Assembly (NCBI GenBank): GCA_963836235.1
Contig: CAWIIP010000002.1
Location: forward strand, 800,001-864,000
Direction of reading: 5' to 3'
DNA from: an uncultured Pseudomonadota bacterium
GTDB taxonomy: Bacteria > Oederibacteriota > Muellerivitia > Muellerivitales > Muellerivitaceae
DNA length: 64,000 nucleotides
Position numbers and translations under genes: made by a program. Under the pieces are notes generated by a model. It searched no databases, was not told the DNA's origin, and worked only from the letters and a program-made list of their open reading frames with translations. Shown here piece after piece: positions 28,117 to 36,071 of this stretch (positions are counted from its first letter, which is position 1; every line of letters begins with the position of its first letter).

Positions 28117-28485
28117 TCAACTTATTTTCTTAGTTTTGGAATGAACCTTTTTTGGAACGTGATAATGAATAACCTGAATGTCCTGCACCGTCACGAGGCA
28201 ATGTTGGGGAAGCATGGGCTCCACGACATTCAATGCCTTCAGGATTTGCTTAGGGATATCCACGACTTCAATCATCACTGGAAGATTTTCCATGATTTCG
28301 ATGATTTGCGCCGAATGGATTCGGGCGGAAGAGCCATAGCCCTCGATACCTTTAAAGACCGAGGCGCCCGCGACGCCGATGCTTAAAAACTTCTCCACGA
28401 TGGCCCGGTAAAGCAATTGGTTTTGCCATTTAATGTCTTCGTCGACATAGATCCGAAGCGCCTTGCATTTTCCTTGAAGCTTCAT
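28117..28485 (-). CDS. DUF190 family (PII-like) protein
   Basis: LRIYVDE..LY.AIV..GVAGASVFKGIEGYG..LPVMIEVVD; usual position downstream of crcB. Confidence 0.9.
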   Translation of the reverse strand: MKLQGKCKALRIYVDEDIKWQNQLLYRAIVEKFLSIGVAGASVFKGIEGYGSSARIHSAQIIEIMENLPVMIEVVDIPKQILKALNVVEPMLPQHCLVTVQDIQVIHYHVPKKVHSKTKKIS

Positions 28486-28494
28486 GGTTTCCTC

Positions 28495-28869
28495 CTATAG
28501 GACCCTTCCAACCGTGACGCCAGCCCAAGTGGCCGCCAAACAACCCATCAATGTCAAAGTAACATTCACCGCGGCCAGTTTCAAGTTGCCTTCCTGGATG
28601 TAACGGAAGGTATCCCAACTGAAGGTGGAATAGGTGGTGAAGGAGGCGCACCAGCCGACCGCCACAAAATAGCGGGCATTAGGCGTGAACAGGCCCCGGT
28701 CCAAATGCATCGTCAGGAACAGCCCCAGCACGAAAGAACCGATCAAGTTGATCAGGAGCGTTCCGTATACAAAATGGGTCCCCAACTTGTCGGCCGCGAA
28801 AAGCCCGAACCAATAGCGGCAAAAGGCGCCCAGGATGGCTCCCGTTGCCATGATGAGATATTTATCCAT
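28495..28869 (-). CDS. crcB: Fluoride efflux channel FluC/CrcB
   Basis: GAILGAFCRY, GTLLINLIGSFVLG and FTTYSTFS motifs; 4 TMs; start set at ATG 28869 after GAGGAGG. Confidence 0.93.
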   Translation of the reverse strand: MDKYLIMATGAILGAFCRYWFGLFAADKLGTHFVYGTLLINLIGSFVLGLFLTMHLDRGLFTPNARYFVAVGWCASFTTYSTFSWDTFRYIQEGNLKLAAVNVTLTLMGCLAATWAGVTVGRVL

Positions 28870-28903
28870 CGCTTCCCTCCTCAAATTAAATGTGGCCTAA
28901 AAT

Positions 28904-28935
28904 AAAAAACTCCTATCCCCGGATGGGGATAGGAG
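28904..28935 (-). terminator. Riboswitch expression-platform terminator
   Basis: Minus strand CTCCTATCCCC-atcc-GGGGATAGGAG-TTTTTT, overlapping the aptamer 3' end. Confidence 0.9.
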
Positions 28936-28980
28936 TCATCGGCCTCTCAAAGAGACGGTTGTGGCGAACTCCATCGCCTT
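28929..28980 (-). ncRNA. Fluoride riboswitch (crcB motif)
   Basis: Minus strand GGCGATGGAGTTCGCC-acAACCG-tctctttgaga-GGCCGATGACTCCTA directly upstream of crcB. Confidence 0.93.
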
Positions 28981-29052
28981 AGTTTTATGTGGAATAATTT
29001 TAAGACATCCTCCGCCCCTTCGGCAACAAAGAAAGAGGCCCATTTCTCCCGC

Positions 29053-29751
29053 TCAAACTTCCGCCCAACGCCTTAAGAGATTGTTGTAAATCCCGGTGAA
29101 TTGCACAAGTGAGGAATGGTCCGGATGGTCACGATGGAGCGTCTGGACCGCCAATTCCAACTCCACTAGAAGGGCTCTCTTCCCCTCGTCGCGCACCATG
29201 CTTTGGATCCAAAAAAAAGCCGCCATCCGCGTCCCGCGTATCACCGACTTTACCTCATGGAGGCTACTGGCCGGATAAAGCACCATATGTCCCGCCGGAA
29301 GTTTGACCTTGTGAACCCCATAGGTGTCCTCGACCACCAATTCTCCCCCGTCGTAATCCTCGGGGTTGGCGAGGAAAAGGGTGGCCGAAAGGTCACTGCG
29401 CATCCGCAACTGCCGCCCCGCCGGATCCGGTGCCTGGCGGATGGCGTTGTCGATATGGGGTCCATAGGTTTGTCCTCCCTCGTAGCGGTTGAAAAGCGGC
29501 GGGGACACTTTGAAGCACAGGGACACCATATTGAAGATCTTGTTTTGCTCCAGCGCGGAACGGATCATCGCCCCGGCCTCCAGTTCGGCGGGCTGGCCCT
29601 TTTTTAGTTCCATGTTGCTCTTCACCTTGGCCGCCTGGTGCCCCGCGGTCAGCCGCCCGTCCACCCACTCGGCCTTCTCCAGTTTCTGGCGGATTTGAGC
29701 CACCTGCTCGGGACTGAGAACATCCGGCACGTTGAATAACATGTTCGGCAC
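29053..29751 (-). CDS. PKHD-type Fe(II)/2-oxoglutarate hydroxylase (PiuC/YbiX family)
   Basis: WVDG..TAG, PPLFNRY, HIDNA, RSDLSATLFL..YDGGELV, YPASSLHEV, WIQSMVRD, NLLRRWAE. Confidence 0.92.
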   Translation of the reverse strand: MPNMLFNVPDVLSPEQVAQIRQKLEKAEWVDGRLTAGHQAAKVKSNMELKKGQPAELEAGAMIRSALEQNKIFNMVSLCFKVSPPLFNRYEGGQTYGPHIDNAIRQAPDPAGRQLRMRSDLSATLFLANPEDYDGGELVVEDTYGVHKVKLPAGHMVLYPASSLHEVKSVIRGTRMAAFFWIQSMVRDEGKRALLVELELAVQTLHRDHPDHSSLVQFTGIYNNLLRRWAEV

Positions 29752-29955
29752 CCTCCTCCATTAACTTTCGGGCTTGTTCTTAACGGATACCCAAGACATT
29801 TTTACCACCAATTTCACCCGGGGAGCAAAACAAATCAAAAAAGCCGAAGCATCCTTTATTCGAACTCCCCCTTGACCGAGAAAAGGGCTGGTCAGCTAGT
29901 TCTATATAGAGAACAGATAGGATAAAATGCGGCATTCCCAAGGCAGGAGCGGCCC

Positions 29956-30654
29956 ATGCCCCATATTACTTGTTTCCAGCATATCGATTGTGAAGGTCCC
30001 GGTTACCTGTTGAACGTCCTGAAGGCCAAGCGGATTGAAGTGGAGCTATTAAAACCCTTCAAGGGTGACACCGTTCCGGAACGTTTGGGGGACGGCCTCA
30101 TCGTCCTGGGCGGACCCATGGGTGTATATGAGGAAAACCAGTTTCCCTGGATGACGGCGGAGCTCAAGGCCATCCGCCATTGCTTGGCCTCTTCGATTCC
30201 TGTTTTGGGAATCTGCCTGGGTTCCCAGATGCTGGCCCATGCCGCCGGTGGCCAGGTTTTCCGCGGTGCCCAGCCCGAGGTGGGTTGGTACCCCATCGAA
30301 CAGACTCCGGAAGGCCGCCTGGACTCCCTATTCTTGGGAGTTGCCCCGGAGTTTGAAGCCTTTCATTGGCACGGGGACACCTTCACGCTTCCTTCCAATG
30401 CCCTGCGCCTGGCAGGAAGCCGCCTCTATCCTAATCAAATATTTAAAACAGGGAATAACGCTTATGGTTTCCAATGCCACTTGGAAGTCACGGAAGAAAT
30501 GGTGAAAAACTGGGCCGCGATTTACGCTAAGGAACTGACGCCCTCGGGTGGGCCCAACCGTCCTGAGCGCATCGAGGACCATCTTTCCGAAAAGGCCAAG
30601 GCCCTCCAGGCTGTTGGCGAAACGGTTTTCAGCCGCTTCGCCGCGCTGTTGTAA
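29956..30654 (+). CDS. Type 1 glutamine amidotransferase-like protein
   Basis: LGGPMGVY, LGICLGSQ (Cys), FHWHGDTF, FQCHLE (His/Glu). Confidence 0.92.
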   Translation: MPHITCFQHIDCEGPGYLLNVLKAKRIEVELLKPFKGDTVPERLGDGLIVLGGPMGVYEENQFPWMTAELKAIRHCLASSIPVLGICLGSQMLAHAAGGQVFRGAQPEVGWYPIEQTPEGRLDSLFLGVAPEFEAFHWHGDTFTLPSNALRLAGSRLYPNQIFKTGNNAYGFQCHLEVTEEMVKNWAAIYAKELTPSGGPNRPERIEDHLSEKAKALQAVGETVFSRFAALL

Positions 30655-30684
30655 TAAAAAAGGCGCGCCTGGGGAGGCGCGCCT
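30655..30684 (-). terminator. Intrinsic terminator
   Basis: AGGCGCGCCT-gggg-AGGCGCGCCT hairpin preceded by an A run (T run on the minus strand). Confidence 0.7.
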
Positions 30685-30718
30685 CAACTTCAAAGGGAGA
30701 AATAAATAAAGTCGTTTG

Positions 30719-30820
30719 TTATTTGGTGCTTTCCAGCAGCCAAGCCGCCTCGGCAATCCATCCGCTCAAAATGAAAACTCCCCATCCAATTTTCCAGCCT
30801 TTAGAAAGACCCGGTTTCAT
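30719..30820 (-). CDS. Small 33-aa Trp-rich membrane peptide (not in the ORF track)
   Basis: MKPGLSKGWKIGWGVFILSGWIAEAAWLLESTK; GGGAGG RBS 5 nt before ATG; terminator just downstream. Confidence 0.55.
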   Translation of the reverse strand: MKPGLSKGWKIGWGVFILSGWIAEAAWLLESTK

Positions 30821-30891
30821 AGAAACCTCCCTACCCGTTCTTGCCTGCTACAACCTATAGACGGGGAGGGTTGGATTTAGTTCAAAAATAA

Positions 30892-33789
30892 TTATTCCGT
30901 TGGAACTGAGGGCCTCAAGGGCACCGATAGGGTTTTAATCTCCAACGAAGTTCCCGAAAGACCTTCCGAAGAAGCCTTCAAGACGATGGGACCGGCCTTT
31001 TTATCCGACTGTACGATCACCTGGGCCAAGCCGGAAAAGAGGCTTCGCTTCCATTGGCCCGCCGGGATAACTGTTCGGATGGACCCCGGGTCTCCGTTCA
31101 GGTTTTCCCACTTCCAGCGCCGCAATAATTCTGTCCCCACTACCGCGTAAATATTACGGCCCTTTCTTAAGATGGACTTAGGGAGAGGGTAAGCCTTCCC
31201 GGTGTCGTCCCGCTTGATTTTATCGGCGATCAAGTGCCCGTTCACGTAAATAGCCTGCCCATCCACGATGCTTTTGGGAAGCAAAACGATCTCGCTATAT
31301 TCATCCAATTGGGGAAGATAGAACCGGCAACGAACAACCCTTACCGAGGGTTTATCCTTGGAAACGTTTCCCTGGTCGTCGTCCCGGCCCTGGAAGAGGT
31401 CAGGCCATTTTGATTCATCCGGCAGGTCATATTCCACCTCGGGCCTTTTTCCTAAAGAGCCCCCATTCATCATTTTCGGCTCCAAAAGTCTTAATTGGGA
31501 AACCGTCTCGAAATATTGGTCCGGCTCGTGGCAGGAGGGATCTCCATTCCCCACTCCAATAATCTTCCCCGGGCCTTCCAGTGAGAATCGGATTTCGCTC
31601 CCCGCCGTGGGAACCAGCCTTCCTTTATTGTCCTTCACTTCCACCGTCACCACCGAAACATCCTCCCCATCCGCCTTGATCTGGGCGCGGTCGGGCATGA
31701 GCGCGATAGAAGCCGGTTTGCCCGTGGTTTCCTGCTTGGCCATGGCCACGACTTTCCCACCCTTATAACCCTTGGCCGAAAGAGTCCCCGGCTCATAGGA
31801 AACCTGCCATTCCAAATGGGAATTCACCGGCATAGCTTCTCTCCCCAGGCTCTTGCCATTCAGGAACAATTCCACTTCCTCACAATTGCTGAAAGCCCGT
31901 ACCTGTATATTCTGACCTTCCTTTCCCGGCCAATTCCAATGGGGCGAAAGCAAAAGCACCGGTTCGTCGGTCCAGAAAGCCTTCAGGTAGTCATAGCAGT
32001 CCTTGGGAAAACCGCAAAGGTCGAGAACGCCGTATTGGGAAGCGATGGCCGGAAAATGGAAAGGGTTTTCCTCGCCCCGGTAGTCGAAACCCGTCCAAAG
32101 GAAGAGCCCCGCCAGATAGGGTCTTGCCATGTAGTACTTCCATGTTTTTTCGATGCTGGCCCCATCCTCCTTGAGGTCGCTGGGAGCCATATGGGCATAT
32201 TGGCTGTCGTCATAGAAACCCCGTGTCTGGTGAGTGTCGCTTTCCTCGGTGGCCATGCTGGGTTGGTTGGGGAAATCTTTGTGCTGTTCGTCAGTGTTGC
32301 CGTGCTCGTAATAGTTGTAGCCCATCAAGTCGATGACGGTGGAGGTGCCCTTGCCCCATCCCCCGCTGTCCGCCGCCGTCACCCGGCGGGTCGGGTCCAG
32401 CCGCTCTACGAAATCCTGCATGGGAGGGACGATCTGGGCCCCCTTCTCGTTGCCCTCGATGTTCCATTCCTCATTGCCCAATGACCAGGCAAAAACGCAG
32501 GGATGGTTGCGGTCTAGCAGGACCATCCGCTTCAAGCGGTCCATGATTTCTGGGCTCGTGCCCATCAGGCGGTTTTCCACCAGCACCAGCATTCCCAGCC
32601 TGTCGCAGGCGTCCAGCAGTTCGGGCGTGGGCGGATTGTGGGCGCAGCGGTAGGCGTTGCAGCCCATTTCCTTGAGTTTTTTGATCCGGTAATATTGCAG
32701 GGCGTCCGGCAAGGCCACTCCCACCCCCGCGTGATCCTGGTGGTTGGAAGTGCCCTTCAGTTCCACGTGCTGGCCATTGAGGAACATGCCTTTATCGGGA
32801 TCGAAAGTGATGGTGCGGATGCCGAAAGTGGTCTCGGTTCGGTCCATAACTTCCCCTCCGGATTTGACGGTGGTCACCAACTGGTATAAGTAAGGGGATT
32901 CAATGGACCAAAGCTTGGGTTGGGGAACTTGGACTTGAATGGAAAACTCCCCTACCGATCCCGGCTCAAGGGTCAAGTCCTTCTGATGCCCCAGGGCGAC
33001 GCTTTTTCCCCGCTCATCAAGGATTTCCTGGTCGACGTCAAAAACAGTTTTCGTGGTTCCGTCGTCCACCACGGTGGTTTTGGCGGTCACTAAGGTGGCG
33101 TCATCCACCACTTGCGAGTTGACGAAGGTACCGTTGTAATCCACGTGCAATGGGGCCGTCTTGGTCAGCCAGACGTGCCGGTAAATTCCCGCCCCTTCGT
33201 AAAACCATCCTTCCTCCATGGTCGCGTCCACCCTCACCGCCACCGTGTTCTCTCCGCCATAATTGAGAACGTCGGTGATGTCGTAGCGGAAGTTGTTGTA
33301 ACCGCTTTCCTCCTTACCCATGTAAAAGCCGTTCACGAATACCGCCGCGTCCCGGTAGACCCCGTCGAACTCAATGCTGACACGCCGCCCCTGGTCGGTC
33401 TTGGCGATGAAGAAGGTCTTGCGGTACCATCCCACGCTGGCTTCGGGAAAGGCACGGCCAATGGCTTTGTAACCGTGGCTGAAACTACCCTTCTCGTCGA
33501 AGGGCTGTTCCACCGCCCAATCATGGGGCAAGTTAATCACCCGCCAGGCTCGGTCGTCGAACTTGGGGTCCGCCGGCCCGTCTCCCGAACCCGCCTTGGC
33601 GAAGTAAGAGAAATACCCCGTCCCGAATCCGAAATCCTTGTCCGGGTCAGTGGCATGACCCAGCGCGAAACGCCAGCCGAAATCCATCAGGAGCCGCTCC
33701 CGGGGGGAAGCAGGTTCCTTGGCTTGACTGGGAACGGAGCTAACCACCGTCAATATTAAGAACAAAAGCAGAAAAGCCATTTTTTTCAT
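30892..33789 (-). CDS. GH2 beta-galactosidase (GalA-like), secreted
   Basis: LPHDWAVE, WFYEGAGIYRHVWL, NAYRCAHNPP, DRNHPCVFAWSLGNEE, WTGFDYRGE. Confidence 0.93.
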   Translation of the reverse strand: MKKMAFLLLFLILTVVSSVPSQAKEPASPRERLLMDFGWRFALGHATDPDKDFGFGTGYFSYFAKAGSGDGPADPKFDDRAWRVINLPHDWAVEQPFDEKGSFSHGYKAIGRAFPEASVGWYRKTFFIAKTDQGRRVSIEFDGVYRDAAVFVNGFYMGKEESGYNNFRYDITDVLNYGGENTVAVRVDATMEEGWFYEGAGIYRHVWLTKTAPLHVDYNGTFVNSQVVDDATLVTAKTTVVDDGTTKTVFDVDQEILDERGKSVALGHQKDLTLEPGSVGEFSIQVQVPQPKLWSIESPYLYQLVTTVKSGGEVMDRTETTFGIRTITFDPDKGMFLNGQHVELKGTSNHQDHAGVGVALPDALQYYRIKKLKEMGCNAYRCAHNPPTPELLDACDRLGMLVLVENRLMGTSPEIMDRLKRMVLLDRNHPCVFAWSLGNEEWNIEGNEKGAQIVPPMQDFVERLDPTRRVTAADSGGWGKGTSTVIDLMGYNYYEHGNTDEQHKDFPNQPSMATEESDTHQTRGFYDDSQYAHMAPSDLKEDGASIEKTWKYYMARPYLAGLFLWTGFDYRGEENPFHFPAIASQYGVLDLCGFPKDCYDYLKAFWTDEPVLLLSPHWNWPGKEGQNIQVRAFSNCEEVELFLNGKSLGREAMPVNSHLEWQVSYEPGTLSAKGYKGGKVVAMAKQETTGKPASIALMPDRAQIKADGEDVSVVTVEVKDNKGRLVPTAGSEIRFSLEGPGKIIGVGNGDPSCHEPDQYFETVSQLRLLEPKMMNGGSLGKRPEVEYDLPDESKWPDLFQGRDDDQGNVSKDKPSVRVVRCRFYLPQLDEYSEIVLLPKSIVDGQAIYVNGHLIADKIKRDDTGKAYPLPKSILRKGRNIYAVVGTELLRRWKWENLNGDPGSIRTVIPAGQWKRSLFSGLAQVIVQSDKKAGPIVLKASSEGLSGTSLEIKTLSVPLRPSVPTE

Positions 33790-33936
33790 TTACGGGATCC
33801 TTTAAAGGAAAGTGGACCAATGATGCCACAGGTTCGGCCGGGTGCCAAAAGAGATTTTCGCCGGGAAATGACCTCATAACCATGTTCTTTTATTCCGGCC
33901 AATAGGGATAATGGAGCCCTTCTTTTCTTCCAAACC

Positions 33937-34578
33937 GTGAGTGGCAAAAGAACGGAGTTTCAACCCATGCAAATCCGGCGCTTTTACTTTTTTTTGAAGC
34001 TATTCACCCTCTTTATCGCGCTGGTGATCGGGGAGTACCTGGCATGCAGCGCCTGCTTCCGGTGGGTCCGGCAGTCAGATTTTCTCCGGGCGGATGGGAT
34101 TTGCGTTATATCCGCGATAACCCTTTGTTATTTGATCTTCAAAAACCTCATCAAAGACGCCCTGAAAGAAGGAATACCCCGCTGGGTGGTGGCGTTATTC
34201 TTTTTATTTTTCGGCGCCTTACTGGCTTGTTTTCTGCGCTTCAGCCTCCAATTGGCCAATGGGCTTTTGGACTTTTCCCAACCCGAAATCCATCTCGTGA
34301 CCGTCAACTCGAAAATGATTTCTCCCTTCGGCGGAAGCGTCAGGGAGGGAATCAATCCCATGGCCCATATGATTTACTTCCACGATTGGGACCAAAGCGG
34401 CAATATGTGCGAAATGCTGACCCCGCAGGATTTTTATTACTCGGTCGATGACGGAAGCATGGTGCAGCTCTCCCTCCGGCAGGGCCTCTTCCACCTGCCC
34501 TGGGTCGCGGACTATCAGGCGATGGTGCCCCGCCGCATGCCCGACGGAAGCGTCCAATTGGCGCCCGCAGATAAATAA
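33937..34578 (+). CDS. Hypothetical membrane protein
   Basis: 213 aa; three TM segments, then a soluble beta-rich part ending RQGLFHLPWV. Confidence 0.65.
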   Translation: MSGKRTEFQPMQIRRFYFFLKLFTLFIALVIGEYLACSACFRWVRQSDFLRADGICVISAITLCYLIFKNLIKDALKEGIPRWVVALFFLFFGALLACFLRFSLQLANGLLDFSQPEIHLVTVNSKMISPFGGSVREGINPMAHMIYFHDWDQSGNMCEMLTPQDFYYSVDDGSMVQLSLRQGLFHLPWVADYQAMVPRRMPDGSVQLAPADK

Positions 34579-34650
34579 AAAGGAGGACTGAGTAATCTGT
34601 CAAAGCCCCCTCTTTCGGGGGATAATGGGTCAAACTCAAGGAGATGGAAC

Positions 34651-35022
34651 ATGGGCGACAAAGCCGAGATCAAATGGCTTCCCGAACCCGAGGACAAGGA
34701 CTATCCGGCGGCCCAATCCTACTTAGGCCTCCTGCATAACGATTCGGAAAGCCTCGGCCTGGTGAGAAAACTCAAGGACGCCAAAGTCATCCCGTTCAAG
34801 GCCAAGGACATCTTCCGGGCCTCGGGGCTTTCTCTGCTGGGCATCAGCAATACACATGTCACCAGGGACCAACAGAAAATCAAGGAAGGCAAAGCCCTCT
34901 CGCCTCTCTTGCTGGTGCGGGATCCCCAAAACGGCAAGGTGGTCATCGCTGACGGCTATCACCGCCTCTGCGCGGTTTATTCCTTGAACGAGGACGAAAT
35001 GATTCCCTGCAAGATCGTTTAG
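34651..35022 (+). CDS. Small ParB/Srx-fold-like hypothetical protein
   Basis: 123 aa; LSPLLLVR..VIADGYHRLCAV motif; AAGGAG RBS. Confidence 0.75.
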   Translation: MGDKAEIKWLPEPEDKDYPAAQSYLGLLHNDSESLGLVRKLKDAKVIPFKAKDIFRASGLSLLGISNTHVTRDQQKIKEGKALSPLLLVRDPQNGKVVIADGYHRLCAVYSLNEDEMIPCKIV

Positions 35023-35034
35023 CGGCACCCCTCT

Positions 35035-36045
35035 TTAATTAAAAACATAGCGTACTTCCCCGCCGAAGGTATCGGCGTTTCGATCCACCGTCGTCGTGTC
35101 GTTATTGGGGACCGTCGCGTAGGTGCTGGCGCTGTTGCCGTAAAAGTCATGGGTATAGATCGCCGACGCGACGAACCGGCCGGGGGTTAATTGATAGTTC
35201 AATGCCCCGACCAGGGTGGTGATATTCCCGGGCTGGCTGGTGAAGTCGATCAACTTGCCGCTGCTGTTGGTGAAGGAGGCGTCGGCGTCGCCGGTGAAAG
35301 TTTGGGACACGCCCGCGTTGAGAGAGAAGACTTCGTTGAAGCGCGTCTGCGTTGTTATATAGAAGGCATATTGCCAGTTGGAATCGTAACTGGTGGTGAT
35401 ATTGTTCGACTGGTTTAAAGTGGTCCGGGCTCCCAAATAGTCCCCGCTGAATTCCCCGTAAATCGTAAAGCTCTTGGTCTTATAGCTCAGCGCGGTGCTG
35501 AAATCCGCCATGGCCCCCCCGCGCGCCACGGTTCCGTTCAGTTCCGGGGTGGCCGATTGGGCGCTGATCAGGTTGGGAGCGTAGGAACCGATCAGGTCCC
35601 AATTAAAGGCTTTATCCTTCTGATCCAACACTCGCCAGACCGCCGAGATCGTGGGGTCCCCCAGTCCGTCCGAGGTGGTGATAGTGCTGGCACCCGAGGG
35701 GGGACTATTGGTCGATCCGAGCAATTGGAAAAACCCGCTGACCCGCAGGGTGAGATCGTCGGTAATGCCGTAATCCAATAGCTGGTTGATCGAGGTGATG
35801 GCCGTGTTATTGGAACTCAACAGGACGCCCAAGTGGTTATTCGTGTTCGAATTGGCTTCCCCCAGGGTAAATTCGGTAGCGCCGAAAATCTGGGCTCCCA
35901 GGGGCAGGTAGGCGGGATCGGAAATCACGCGCGAAGCGTCGGGGGTAAAATCAAAGGCCAGAACCCGCATCGGCAAGAGGACCAAAGCCAATCCCAAACC
36001 AAATCGATAAAGACCCCCAGCAAAGTCATGCCGAGTCATCCTCAT
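35035..36045 (-). CDS. Putative outer-membrane beta-barrel protein
   Basis: Signal peptide from ATG 36045; DYGITDDLTL, DGLGDPTI; amphipathic strands; ends EVRYVFN. Confidence 0.7.
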   Translation of the reverse strand: MRMTRHDFAGGLYRFGLGLALVLLPMRVLAFDFTPDASRVISDPAYLPLGAQIFGATEFTLGEANSNTNNHLGVLLSSNNTAITSINQLLDYGITDDLTLRVSGFFQLLGSTNSPPSGASTITTSDGLGDPTISAVWRVLDQKDKAFNWDLIGSYAPNLISAQSATPELNGTVARGGAMADFSTALSYKTKSFTIYGEFSGDYLGARTTLNQSNNITTSYDSNWQYAFYITTQTRFNEVFSLNAGVSQTFTGDADASFTNSSGKLIDFTSQPGNITTLVGALNYQLTPGRFVASAIYTHDFYGNSASTYATVPNNDTTTVDRNADTFGGEVRYVFN

Positions 36046-36071
36046 GATCTTCTCTCTTTGCTCATTTCTTT

